A stretch of DNA of 64,000 bases from Octopus vulgaris (GCA_951406725.2 OX597837.1:39742001-39806000), one strand, 5' to 3'; counted from the stretch's first letter, positions 1 to 13,287 are shown. Numbers and translations: made by a program. The notes: generated by a model from the sequence alone, not told the origin.

Positions 1-500
1 TTGTTGTTGTTGTTCTTCTTCTTCTTCTTCTTCTTCTTCTTCTTCTTCTTCTTCTTCTTCTTCTTCTTCTTCTTCTTCTTCTTCTTCTTCTTCTTCTTCT
101 TCTTCTTCTTCTTCTTCTTCTTCTTCTTCTTCTTCTTCATCTTCTTTTTCTTCTTGTTCTTCTTCTTCTTCTTCATCTTCTTTTTCTTCTTGTTCTTCTT
201 GTTCTTCTTGTTCTTGTTCTTCTTTTTCTTGAGTTCTGTCATCCCCTCCCCTTCCTCATCTTCTTCTTCCTCCTCCTCATTCTCCTGCTCTTCCTCCACA
301 TTCTTCACCCCTTTCCCATATCCTCATCCCCACCCCCGCCATCGCCATCGCCAATCATGTAGAAAGATTGTTAATCTCTCAGCTAAAGGGGTTTTTCCAT
401 TAATGGTTCTCTTCGATTCCACGATACACTCAAAGACTGCTAAGACTAATTTCCAAGATTGCAAAATCGTACCACAAATATCGATGACAGCATCATCATC

Positions 501-542
<42 letters not shown>

Positions 543-576
543 GTCATCATCATCATCATCATCATCATCCTCATCG

Positions 577-635
<59 letters not shown>

Positions 636-1011
636 TTCATCATCCACCTCCTCATCATCATCATCATCATTATCATCATCATCATCAGCAGCAGCAGCAG
701 CAACGAATATTAATTGTAAAGAACGACTGTAGCAATTAGGAAAAACGACTTGATGCAAATATAATTAAAAAAAAACCAATAAACCCACCACCAAAAAAAA
801 CAACCAAAAACAAACAGGACAGCAAAAAGTGCAACATCATCGCCGTCGTCATCATTTCTTTTCTCCGCCTCCTCCTCCTCCTCATCATCATCATCATCAC
901 CTCATTTTCTTGTTGCTGTTGTTCATCTTCTACAATTATTACTACCACCATCACCACCACCATTACCACCATCACTACCACAACTATTTCTTTTCGCATT
1001 TCATGTACTTT

Positions 1012-1070
<59 letters not shown>

Positions 1071-1345
1071 TCTACGATGCAACTACTTCTTTAGCACTTC
1101 TGGCACTTTCTTCTTCTTCTTCTTCTTCTTCTTCTTCTCATCGTCGTTGTCATCGTTGTCCTTGTCCTCCTTTTTTTCACTCCTCTTCTTCTTCATCCTC
1201 CTCCTCAATTTTCTCCCCTTCCTCATCTTTCCTCTCGTCTTTCTCCCCCTTCTTCACTGCGTTACTACCACCGCCACCACCGCCACCACCGCCCCACCAC
1301 CCCACCACACCACCCCACCACCATCCATCCATCCATCCATCCATC
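1..1345. repeat. Compound trinucleotide microsatellite block (TTC, TCA, CTA, CAC)n
   Basis: Directly visible repeats; they explain the poly-F/S/D/M/L ORFs. Confidence 0.95.
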
Positions 1346-1839
1346 CATTTGCCCCTTATTCCAACCCCATCGGCACATTTGTCAAATCACATATCCATTC
1401 TTATATCTCTCTGCAGTTTTAAGTAGGTTTTCTAGTAATAGCGAGAGTGGTAGTCATGATGGGTATACTGGGCTTCGTATATAACCCCTGGTGGGGTTGT
1501 CTCTTAAACATAGTTTATTCCTTCTTCTTTTTTCCTCTTAATATAATTCACGTTATAGAGAGTGATTTATAAATTCGTTCATAGCTTTATAGCCATCGGT
1601 TGTTTTATTTATTTCGGTTTTGTATTTGGTTTGTAAGCTCCTTGATGTGAATGATTGTGTTGAACCACACATTTTCTTGTATCTCGGGAGGGTCATTATG
1701 CCAATAATAAACACACGCACTGGTTCTGTTTCACTTCATTTATTAGAACATAGGATACATCGCTTCACAATAACTGTTCAGTCTCTCTAATTGCCGAGTT
1801 GAAATCCCACTCGGACTAAACACGCGTTTCATAATTTAA

Positions 1840-2210
1840 AGGCGGCAATCTGTCAGAATCATTAACTCGTCGGATGAATTGATTCTAAGCATTCTGTCCG
1901 GCTTTACGTTCTGAGTTCAAATTCCACTGAGGTCGACTTTACCTTTAATCCTTTCCGGATCGATAAAATACAAACCAATCCAAAATTAGTATATTAAAAA
2001 AAAGGCAGCGAGTTGTCGGAAGCGTTACCCCGCCGGACAAAATGCTTTGCCGTATTTCTTCCGACTCTACGTTCTGAGTTGATATGTTGACGAGATGGAC
2101 TTTGCTTTTTATCATTTGGGAGTCGATGAAAAAAAAGTACCAGTGGAGCACTGGGGTCGACGTAACGACTAGTCCGTCCCACATAAATTCCAGGCCTTGT
2201 GCTTATATAA
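1840..2210 (+). mobile_element. Two degenerate copies of tRNA-derived SINE family A
   Basis: GGCGGC..CTGGCAGAA-like head, B-box-like GTTCAAATTCC, core GCCTTTCATCCTTTCGGGGTCGATAAA resembling the Meta-type SINE core. Confidence 0.8.
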
Positions 2211-2250
2211 AAAAAACACAAAAACAAAACAAACATTATTAGTCTATTGA

Positions 2251-3550
2251 AAGGTGGCGAACTGGCAGAGAGGTTAGCAACGCCGGGCGAAATGCTTAGC
2301 GGTATTTCGTCTGCCGCTACGTTCTGAGTTCAAATTCCGCCGAGGTCGACTTTACCTTTCATCCTTTCGGAGTCGATTAAATAAGTACCAGTTACGCACT
2401 GGGGTCGATACAATCAATTTAATCCATTTGTCTGTCCTTGTTTGTCCTCTCTGTGTTTAGCCCCTTGTGGGTAGTAAAGAAATAGGTATTTCGTCTACCG
2501 TTACGTTCTGAGTTCAAATTCCGCCGAGGTCGACTTTACCTTTCATCCTTTCGGAGTCGATTAAATAAGTACCAGTTACGCACTGGGGTCGATATAATCA
2601 ATTTAATCCATTTGTCTGTCCTTGTTTGTCCTCTCTGTGTTTAGCCCCTTGTGGGTAGTAAAGAAATAGGTATTTCGTCTACCGTTACGTTCTGAGTTCA
2701 AATTCCGCCGAGGTCGACTTGCCTTTCATCTCCTCGGGGTCAATTAAATAAGTACCAGTTATGCACTGGGGTCGATGTAATTGACATAATCCGTTTGTCT
2801 GTCCTTGTTTGTCCCCTCTGTGTTTAGCCCCTTGTGGGTAGTAAAGAAATAGGTATTTCGTCTACCGTTACGTTCTGAGTTCAAATTCCGCCGTGGTCGA
2901 CTTTGCCTTTCATCCTTTCGGGGGTCGATAAATTAAGTACAAGTTACGCACTGGTGTCGATATAATCAACTTAATCCGTTTGTCTGAGCTTGTTTGTCCC
3001 ATCTGTGTTTAGCCCCTTGTGGGTAGTAAAGAAATAGGTATTTCGTCTACCGTTACGTTCTGAGTTCAAATTCCGCCGAGGTCGTCTTTACCTTTCATCC
3101 TTTCGGAGTCGATTAAATAAGTACCAGTTACGCACTGGGGTCGATATAATCAATTTAATCCTTTTGTCTGTCCTTGTTTGTCCTCTCTGTGTTTAGCCCC
3201 TTGTGGGTAGTAAAGAAATAGGTATTTCGTCTACCGTTACGTTCTGAGTTCAAATTCCGCCGAGGTCGACTTGCCTTTCATCCCCTCGAGGTCAATTAAA
3301 TAAGTACCAGTTACTTAATCCCTTTGTCTGTCCTTGTTTGTCCCCTCTGTGTGTAAGACCTTGTGGGTAGTAAAGAAATAGGTATTTCGTCTGTCTTTAT
3401 GTTCTGAGTTCAAATACCGCTGAGGTCGAATTTGCCTTTCCTCCTTTCGGGGTCAATTAAGTAAGTATCAGTTACGCATTGGGGTCGGTGTAATCGACTT
3501 AACCTCCTCCCACCAGCTGCCCGTGTGGAAAACATTTCAAATCATTATTT
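2251..3550 (+). repeat. Tandem array of SINE A: one head plus 7 body units, ~184-bp period
   Basis: Units start at GGTATTTCGTCT at 2301, 2485, 2669, 2852, 3037, 3221, 3381; the units differ from one another; the last unit has a different tail. Confidence 0.92.
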
Positions 3551-3661
3551 CTAGCGGACATAGGCTCATTCGGCTTCTTAGCGTTCAACACTCGGCTCCC
3601 ACCCATAATATAATTACACTAGGCTAAGGGCAATTTTCGGTATATATTTAAAGAAAGAAAA

Positions 3662-4050
3662 ATGGATGTGTGGTAAGTAGCTTGCTAACCTACCACATGG
3701 TACTTGATTCAGTCCCACTGCGTGGCATCTTGGACAAGTGTCTTCTACTGTAGCCTCGGGCCGACCAAAGCCTTGTGAGTGGATTTAGTAGACAGAAACT
3801 GAAAGAAGCCCGTCGTATATATGTATATTTATATATGTGTGTGTATATATGCTTGTCCCCCACTAACATTGCTGGACAACCAATGTTGATGTGTTTACGC
3901 CCCCGTACCTTAGCAGTTCGGCAAAAGAGACAGATCGAATAAGTACTAGGCTTACAAAGAATAAGTCCTGGGGGTCGATTTGCTCGACTAGAAGGCGGTG
4001 CTCCAGCATGGCCGCAGTCAAATGACTGAAACAAGTAAAAGAATAGATAA
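3662..4050 (+). mobile_element. SINE family B (tRNA head, CORE-like domain, internal TA/TG microsatellite)
   Basis: TGTGTGGTAAGTAGCTTGC...CTTGGACAAGTGTCTTCT...GACTGAAACAAGTAAAAGA; many copies in the window. Confidence 0.9.
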
Positions 4051-4392
4051 AAGGAAAAGAGATTCTTATACGTTGGCAAACTGGGTACGAATAAATGTTT
4101 AGTTTGAAAACAGAAACACCAAAAACCTACGCGTGGAATTTTCTGACCCAACGTGTAATTATTGACTCGCCAATTTTTATTTGCGCCTCTGAAAGAAACA
4201 TAGTTATTTACCCGAGAAATTTATTATATTTTACAGCTTCAAAGTGATAAGAATATGTAATTAACTAAGGCAGACATCTCCATTTATTTTTGCAACAGAT
4301 AAATCAATCGTTTCTGAAAATAAAAAGAGAAAAGCCAGATAGTAAACAGTGAAGGCGAGTATACAAATAAGTTGAGGCCATGGTGTAGGTAG

Positions 4393-4393
<1 letters not shown>

Positions 4394-4453
<60 letters not shown>

Positions 4454-4655
4454 GTACATGTATTTATATATGTATATATATATATGTATATATATATATG
4501 TACATGTATTTATATATGTATATATCTATATCTATATCCCTCTATATTTTTATATATATATATACATACATACATTCATACACAAACACATATATATATA
4601 TATGTATATATATATATATCTGTATCTATATCTATCTATCTATATATATATATAG

Positions 4656-4710
<55 letters not shown>

Positions 4711-4825
4711 TATATACATATATATATACATACATATATATATATATATACATACACACACACACATATATATACATACATATGTATGTATATATGTATA
4801 TGTATACATATCTATCTATCTATCC

Positions 4826-4896
<71 letters not shown>

Positions 4897-4909
4897 CATC
4901 CATCCATCC

Positions 4910-4948
<39 letters not shown>

Positions 4949-4961
4949 CATCCATCCATCC

Positions 4962-5000
<39 letters not shown>

Positions 5001-5017
5001 CATCCATCCATCCATCC

Positions 5018-5103
<86 letters not shown>

Positions 5104-5175
5104 ATATATATATATACATACACCCCACCACACATATATATATGTATGTATATGTTCATATGTATGTATGTATGA
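4394..5175. repeat. (TA)n/(TATC)n/(TCCA)n compound microsatellite
   Basis: Direct inspection. Confidence 0.95.
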
Positions 5176-5670
5176 ATTTAGTTAGAAACCTTGGTAACAC
5201 CCGACAGTAAAAGAGAAAAGAGAAGCAACGAAAAACAATGAACTCAGGTAAATAACGAACAATAGTCTCAATAAGTGAGGAATAATATATCGATTTTCTT
5301 TTCTTCCGGAAGAGAATAAAGAGTAAACGATTAACGATTTTTAGTTTTCAATTCTCAATAGATAAACAGATCATTTAATTCGATATTAGACCAGGATTTG
5401 TTCCATTTTAATCTAATGGAAATCACTTCGACCTAAACATTTGATGAAGACGCTACAGAATGCAAAAGTAAAGTTTTCTTCGAAGATAAAAGAATTCTAA
5501 GTAAATAAATAAGTTTATAAATAAATAATTAAATATTTTAAGCTACAGACAAAATTCTTTCGGTTTTGCTTTGAAAAGGTTTCTTTTGTATTATCTCTCC
5601 GATAAAGGGTCTAATTAGTAGAAAGAATGTCTTTCTGGTTAGCGCGTGAGCTTAATTTGTTCTGTACATT

Positions 5671-5701
<31 letters not shown>

Positions 5702-5828
5702 CACGCACACACACACACATATATATCTATATATGTATGTATATATCTATATATATGTATATATATATATATATATATGTGTATCTATATATGTATGTAT
5801 AAATATATTATATGCATATTTGTGTGTG

Positions 5829-5864
<36 letters not shown>

Positions 5865-5971
5865 GTATATATATATACATATGTATACATATACGTAGTA
5901 CCTAATTCATCTGAATCTAAATTTTTGCTTATATACACATACATGCATACATACATACATACATACATACA

Positions 5972-6005
<34 letters not shown>

Positions 6006-6023
6006 CATACATACATATATACA

Positions 6024-6059
<36 letters not shown>

Positions 6060-6323
6060 TATATATATGTACACATGCATAAGTACTTCCCTACTTATTT
6101 GACCCCCTTCATTCCCTCTTTCACTTTCCGCATCAATTTCTACACATATACATACATACATACATACATACATACATACATACATGTAGGCATATGTATA
6201 TACATACATAAATACATATATATTTATATGTATGCATGTATATATACATGCATACATACGTACATACATACACACACACAAACACATACATATTCATACA
6301 GAGACCAATATGCATACATACAT

Positions 6324-6358
<35 letters not shown>

Positions 6359-6374
6359 AACACATACAATATGG

Positions 6375-6435
6375 GGTACTGATTAGGTAAGCATATATAT
6401 TCTACGTAACTTACCTGAAAGACAAAGTTTCTGCT
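6375..6435 (+). ncRNA. Degenerate type-I hammerhead ribozyme candidate
   Basis: GGTA-CTGATTA-GGTAAG..CTTACC-T-GAAA-GACAAAGTT-TC-TGCT; all three stems pair, but the core G8 is mutated. Confidence 0.45.
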
Positions 6436-6606
6436 AATTACTTTCTTTATCGGAGATAAGCTTCGAACCAAATACCTGTGCATTCTTGTCCATATACATA
6501 TACACATACATACATACATACATACATACATACATACATACATACATACATACATACATACATGCATACATACAAACATACATACATACACACATACATA
6601 CATACA

Positions 6607-6664
<58 letters not shown>

Positions 6665-6668
6665 TATA

Positions 6669-6741
<73 letters not shown>

Positions 6742-7237
6742 GTCGTTTTTACGTTGTCTTTTTTCCCATTCGTTTCTCTCGTATTTTTCGTATTTCATGT
6801 TTTTTTACGTTTTTGTGACGTCCTGTACCCATATATGCCTAGCTATATACATATATGCGTATGTATGTACATATGTTTGTCTATATATGAATGCGTATAT
6901 TATTTATATTATTATATATGTATGTCTCTCTATATATATGTATAGATATGTGTGTGTTGATATGTCTATCTGTGAGCATATGTATGTATGTGTACAGTTT
7001 TGAATATATACACAGGTAGCTTAACAAACAAAAGAAAGAAGCATTCGTCATGCATTTAGAGATGCAAAAGTATTTGATGATAAAGTGACTCAACCTCGCT
7101 TTACTGAAATTTTCGTGGCCGTGAAAAAGCGACTAGTTCTTCAGACGAATTGACATTGTGGAATGTGGACGTATGTCTTCCCCCTCACGAAACTGAGTAG
7201 TATTCAGGAAAGTTAAGAAGTGAAATATCCACGCACG

Positions 7238-7296
<59 letters not shown>

Positions 7297-7443
7297 CCCG
7301 CATATATTTATATAATACACATCACACATGTGATTGCTGGTACAAACTGGAGAAACGGAATTGGATATGCAAAGTTTGTGCATGAGTGTATATTATTTCA
7401 TATTGTATTATATATATATATGCATGTGTGTATACATTATATC

Positions 7444-7474
<31 letters not shown>

Positions 7475-7510
7475 TGTATGTATGTATGTATGTATGTATG
7501 TATGTATGTG

Positions 7511-7622
7511 AAGGCGCATGGCCCAGTGGTTAGAGCGTCGAGCTTACGATCTCGAGGTTGTGAGTTCGAATCCCGGACCGGGCTGAGTGTTGTGTTCTTG
7601 AGCAAGACAATTTATTTCACGT
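7511..7622 (+). mobile_element. SINE family C, 5' part (tRNA head plus CORE-like)
   Basis: A box TGGCCCAGTGG, B box GTTCGAATCCC, GTGTTCTTGAGCAAGAC. Confidence 0.85.
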
Positions 7623-7656
7623 ATCTCTCTGCCTCTCTCCCTCTGTCTGTCAGTCA

Positions 7657-7693
<37 letters not shown>

Positions 7694-7813
7694 CCTCTCT
7701 CTCTCTCTCTCTGTATATATATATATATATAAACAATTATGCGTATGCAGTTATATGTGAGTATATATTCTGATAATATGTATATATATATGTCGTTGCT
7801 ATTTTAGTGGGGA

Positions 7814-7869
<56 letters not shown>

Positions 7870-7876
7870 AACATAC

Positions 7877-7911
<35 letters not shown>

Positions 7912-8027
7912 TTCACACATATGTACATATATATTCATATGTATATGTATATAGTTATATATATATATATATATGTATAAATACGCATATCCACACACAT
8001 TAGATATGCGTGTACACACACACACAC

Positions 8028-8058
<31 letters not shown>

Positions 8059-8399
8059 TGTATGTATGTATGTATGTATGTATGTACACGCATATCTAAT
8101 GGATACGACACCAAAAGGATTGCAGCTGATATGAATAAGCGAAGATAATAACATGGAATAGATGGCAAGTGATTAAAGTGGTGTACCGGAAATTTTATAA
8201 GGTCACATTTGCAGATGCCATCCTTAAGGGATATCGGATTAACGATTGTGACCAGGCAACTGTGGCATCGTTCTCGGAATTAGTAACACGACTGAGGATT
8301 AGTATGATTATAACAGAGAACGAAGTAAGTGCTTTACAAACACGACGGTTGAAGATTGGATAATTGAAATTCCCACATGATAGATAGATAGATAGATAG

Positions 8400-8433
<34 letters not shown>

Positions 8434-8623
8434 GAAGAGCAGGAGATTTGGTAGTTAGGTGTTGGAATAACAGCATTTTGACGTGCAATTTGCGTTAATA
8501 TATTCAGAAGGAATCTATAATTGCGGTCGTTCAATGAATGGATGGATGAATGAATCGATGTCGAATATAGACGGAACATATGTAGCGAACAGATACGAAT
8601 GTCAACCCAGTCTCTAGCTATAT

Positions 8624-8950
8624 ATGGCTCAGTGGTTAGAGCGTCGAGCTTACGATCGTGAGGTTGTGAGCTCGAATCCCGGACCGGGCTGCGTGTTGTG
8701 TTCTTGAGCAGGACACTTTATTTCACGTTGCTCCAGTTCCCTCAGCTGTAGAAATGAGTTTACAACATCACAGGTGCCAAGCTGTATCGGCCTTTGCCTT
8801 TCCCTTGAATAGCATCGGGGGCGTGGAGAGGGGAGGCTGGTATGCTTGGGTGACTGCTGGTCTTCCACAAACAACCTTGCCCGGACTTGTGCCTGGGAGG
8901 GTAACTTTCTAGGTGCAATCCCATGGTCAGTCATGACCGAAGGGGGTCTC
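8624..8950 (+). mobile_element. SINE family C, near full length
   Basis: Same head as 7511 plus a 3' body. Confidence 0.85.
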
Positions 8951-8987
8951 TCTCAGCATGCATGTATATATGAATGTATGTATGTAT

Positions 8988-9025
<38 letters not shown>

Positions 9026-9029
<4 letters not shown>

Positions 9030-9216
9030 ATACAATATGTTACATTACTCGGTAGTCAAGATAAAACTCTGAGTTTCAGATGCCGAAGTGGAAATCCACA
9101 ACACCATCTCTTCGGTTATCTGGCTACCGAGTAATGTAACATATTGTATAGATAAATTTCCTCTATTTACATAATATTGAGGTCTCTTTCTTTCTTTTGT
9201 TATCTTACCGTTTTAT

Positions 9217-9220
<4 letters not shown>
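9026..9220. mobile_element. Hammerhead-bearing Penelope pLTR-like fragment with inverted repeat, in (TA)n
   Basis: Arm 9026-9058 is inverted at about 9121-9153; homologous to 22118-22390. Confidence 0.75.
9059..9121 (-). ncRNA. Type-I hammerhead ribozyme (CCGAAGA core variant)
   Basis: Minus strand: AGATAA-CCGAAGA-GATG..CATC-T-GAAA-CTCAGAG-TT-TTATCT. Confidence 0.7.
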
Positions 9221-9278
<58 letters not shown>

Positions 9279-9387
9279 TGAGAGAGAGAGAGAGAGAGGG
9301 AAAGAGGGAGTGACAATATTAGAAATAAGGATTACACCGAAGAAGCAACAGCATTACCTTTAATTCTATAATTATATACCATTTTTT

Positions 9388-9479
9388 AAGACCAACACGT
9401 GTTTCAGTTGCACTGAATAGTATAGTGATCGTTGCAATTACAACCCTACTATAAAACGGTGAAGTCTCTTCAGGGCCTT
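9388..9479 (-). ncRNA. Type-I hammerhead ribozyme downstream of the Penelope ORF
   Basis: Minus strand: AAGGCC-CTGAAGA-long stem II-GAAA-CACGTG-TT-GGTCTT; palindromic stem III; about 180 nt 3' of the GIY-YIG stop. Confidence 0.78.
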
Positions 9480-9820
9480 AACTTGATATCTCTCGGTATG
9501 GTCTTTTAATGATTTTCTTTTATAATCTCTGCGTTGTATAATGCAGAGTTGTCCGTTAAGTCAGACGCGAACGACCTCTGTTTCAAGTTCTTATTAGATA
9601 ATCATTTTCAGTCCATCATTTCAAAACCTTGTATAGTTTAAATAATAATTACTCATTTATATATATTCGGCGAATGAGAATTTCCTCATGTGCAAACATC
9701 TCAATGCTTGCTCCTCTCTAGAATTTATTACATAACTCTTGGATGTGAAAATCCTGTAAAATTCTTCTAAGGTCACATCTATTGGTTCAGGTCTGTATGG
9801 TTTTGCAGTACAAATTAACT

Positions 9821-10236
9821 GGATCCTTTCGGTTTGAACGGCAGTTTTTAACATAATTTCCAGGTAACTAAGAAATTTTAAACTTCGTATACTGGTAGAA
9901 TGTGTTTATAAAACATCTTTTTCTCTTGGCTTTATTGAGAAAATTCTATAATTTGTAAGATATTTGTTGTTTTTCTTCTTCAATTTCTGCAATTTCAACC
10001 AATCACTGACGTCCATTGAGGTAAAAAACATTCTGTGCCGTATGAATATGTCCTTCGTTTAAGAAACAGATTGGGTTTATTTATATTTGTGAAAAAAAAA
10101 GATACCTTTCTCCCCACCCCAAACCCTAACCCTAAAATAAATTGAAATGCAATAGATTGATACTAGGGTCATAATTATGGGTGACAATTTCATATGACAC
10201 CGCTAGAAAAAACTGCCGGTCAAACCGAAAAGATCC
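9821..10236. mobile_element. Merlin-like MITE
   Basis: ~29-bp TIRs GGATCCTTTCGGTTTGAACGGCAGTTTTT / AAAAACTGCCGGTCAAACCGAAAAGATCC; perfect 8-bp TSD AATTAACT (9813-9820, 10237-10244); GG termini. Confidence 0.85.
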
Positions 10237-10536
10237 AATTAACTCCCATTTAATCATAGAGTCTTTGTTACTGTCCTTGCAAAACCAGATTAATTTACTA
10301 AGACCCGTTTGGAACCTTTTATGTTTGTGCCCTTAAACGAACCCAAATGATTTTGCCAATCTCCTCTTTAAAATTAATGATGTCCCACCGATGTAAAGGG
10401 ATCCTTTACCCTCAGATGTAACTATACATCTATATATAACATTTTTAGTTCGACACTTACGTTTCACATAACAGGATTCTCGTTTAGAACAATTGCAAAG
10501 ATAATCCTTTTATATTTCCGTCAGATTTAGTTTCAA

Positions 10537-11046
10537 CTAGCAGTATCGCCCGGCGTTGCTCGGGTTTGTAAGGGAAATAACTATATAAGCATTTTTAGTG
10601 AGTTATAGCAAAAAAATGCATTAAAAATGGAATAAAAAATGATGGTAATTTTGGTGTCTTCAAGCCATGAAGTCGTTGTTCTAAAAGAACGCTGGTCTCC
10701 TTGACAACGCTTTACGACGTTGATTTCCTTACACTCCCTTCCACACAGCTTCACGAGGGAGGGAAGAAGGGGGAGAAGCAACACAGGTGCAGGTGTGAGC
10801 ATGGACGCTAACTCCGCCGCCATCGACACACGAAAAAATTGGAAGAAATGGAAAAAAATGATGTTAAATTATTTTTAAAATCGTAGACTCATCGTAGACG
10901 CGCGCTAATACCCAGACGGGCTCGATATGAATCATGACTATAAGATACCCGAATTTGGTTAAACTGCACCGCAAAATGTGGGAGTAGTTAGGAATCTAAA
11001 TCGTAGGAGACAGATACACACACAACTACAGTTTTATATATATAGA
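10537..11046 (-). mobile_element. Non-autonomous Helitron
   Basis: Minus strand 5' TC, 3' CTAG, subterminal hairpin CCCGAGCAACGCCGGG, inserted at A|T; 3' end shared with 24037-24409. Confidence 0.88.
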
Positions 11047-12079
11047 TTTGATGATTTATTGTAGAATTAAATTCATTTCCACCAACTTCTCTATTACCAT
11101 TTACTCCTTTAGATAACGCTTTCTTTGTTCTATTTCTAGCGGAACTTTTATTCGATTTGAATAAATCTATTATTCATGCTAAATTGAGTTGTTTCCCTTT
11201 CCGCCACATTTAACTTCTTAGCGTTCCCTTCTATTCGAGTTTCTTTATTCCGTTTGACGTTATTATGCTTCGAATTTATTACGCTATTCCAACTGTAATC
11301 ACTTTTTTTTGAAATTTCCATATTATTCAATATTGTGTTGCTATAATTTGTGCAATATTACGACGAAGATAACCCAATCTAATCTTACGCCGATTAAAGA
11401 TTTTGTAATATCTGTGATTTCTTGGAAAATACTCTTGAATTGCTATGTTAAACAATTTAGAAAAATTGCAATTGACTTGTTTACCAAATTGAACGATTAA
11501 CCATAAAGTATTCTTCGAGTTAAGATAATAATTTTGATGTTTATATCCGTTTTTCGAAGGAGTAAGTATTCTCTGATTTCGATCCATTTTAAAGATAGCG
11601 CTTATTTTTCTTTTATTTTTATCTTTAAATCTTTTAGCCGATTTTATATTAAAAGAATTTGAGATTTTATTAGAGAATACTACGTCCTCTTTTCCATTAG
11701 CAGTACGAGAATTTTAAACCCGATTATCAACAATCTTACGATTTTTCCTTTTGTTATAAATATAATTGTTCACCTTTTTATTCTCACTATTAAAATCACC
11801 TATTCTTGTTATTTTACCAACTTGAATATTTGATTTTAAATCTCCATTACAACATTTGTTATAAGTAGATTTGTTTATAGTACTAGATTTCAAGTCTACA
11901 ATATTAAAATTGATATTTAAATCTGATTTGATATTTAACTTATCAAACTTAATTCTTATTCTATATATGATTTATCGAAGTGAGGATCTATCGAGGACAG
12001 TAAAATAAACCAACGAGCATTGCTAACCGATTATTCCTTTACTGAAGTGTGTATACACTTTTTAGGCGGCCTCTGTACG

Positions 12080-12204
12080 TATGTATGCATGGACGTATGT
12101 ATGTATGTATGTATGTATGTATGTATGTATGTATGTATGTATGTATGTATGTATGTATGTATGTATGTATGTATGTATGTATGTATAGATGTTATGAATG
12201 TATG

Positions 12205-12236
<32 letters not shown>

Positions 12237-12303
12237 TGTATGTATGTATGTATGTATGTATGGGTGTATGTATGTATGTATGTATAGATGTTATGAATGT
12301 ATG

Positions 12304-12335
<32 letters not shown>

Positions 12336-12358
12336 TGTATAGATGTTATGAATGTATG

Positions 12359-12390
<32 letters not shown>

Positions 12391-12484
12391 TGTATGTATG
12401 TATGTATGTATGTATGTATAGATGTTATGAATGTATGTATATGTATGTATGTATGTATGTATGTATAGATGTTATGAATGTATG

Positions 12485-12516
<32 letters not shown>

Positions 12517-12539
12517 TGTATAGATGTTATGAATGTATG

Positions 12540-12571
<32 letters not shown>

Positions 12572-12600
12572 TGTATGTATGTATGAGTGTATGTATGTAT
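12080..12600. repeat. (TATG)n with recurrent TAGATGTTATGAATG interruption
   Basis: Six copies of the same interruption. Confidence 0.9.
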
Positions 12601-12609
12601 GTCATGTCT

Positions 12610-13030
12610 TTAGTCTTTTACTTGTTTCAGTCATTTGACTGCGGCCATGCTGGAGCAGCGCCTTTAGTCGAGAAAATCGACCCCCCAGGACTTATTCTTT
12701 GCATGCCTAGTACTTATTCTATCAGACTCTTTTGCCGAACCGCTAAGATACGGGGGCGTAAACACACCGGCATCGGTTGTCAAGCGATGTTGGGGGGGGG
12801 GGGGAGGCTCAAACACAGACACACAAACATACACACACAGATATATGTGTATATATACATATATACGATGGGCTTCTATCAGTTTCCGTCTACCAAATCC
12901 ACTCACAAGGCTTTGGTCGGCTCGAGGCCATAGTAGAAGACACTTGCCCAAGGTGCCACGCAGTAGTACTGAACCCGGTACCATGTGGTTCGTAAGCAAG
13001 CTACTTAGTACACAGCCACCCCTACGCCTA
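12610..13030 (-). mobile_element. SINE family B
   Basis: Reverse complement of the 3662 family, full length. Confidence 0.9.
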
Positions 13031-13079
13031 TATGTATGTATGTATATGTATATATATATATATATGTTGCTTCTGATTT

Positions 13080-13287
13080 AGTCACAAGGCCAGCAATTCT
13101 GAAGAGGCTGCGTTAGTCGATTACATTGACGTCAGTGACTGGCTGACATCTTTTCTTTTTATCGATCATGGAAGGATGAAAGGCGAATTTGACCTTAGCA
13201 GTGTTTGAACTCAGAACGTAACAGCCGGAAGAAATATCGCAATGCACTTTCTCCGCCTTAATCTATCTATCTATCTATCTATCTATG

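Larger units (their letters stand above)
9657..12067 (-). pseudogene. Decayed Penelope-like retroelement ORF (post-RT linker plus GIY-YIG endonuclease), interrupted by two insertions
   Basis: Motifs FPRNHRYYKIFNRRKIRLGY; CNCSKRESC..KCRTKNVIYRC..SLYIGGT; KWELICTAKPY..INSREE..RCLHMRKF; frameshifts and stops present. Confidence 0.88.

Noticed and set aside
2251-3550. Possible CRISPR-like or tRNA gene array
   Set aside because: No unique spacers and no cas genes; the units are SINE bodies without a complete cloverleaf
7095-7150. Minus-strand CTGAAGA..GAAA
   Set aside because: No stem II or stem III in register
7511-7582. tRNA gene
   Set aside because: The tRNA-like head runs into a SINE core and recurs as a diverged copy at 8624; no proper acceptor stem or terminator
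10122-10135. Telomere
   Set aside because: Only about two CCCTAA units, internal to a MITE
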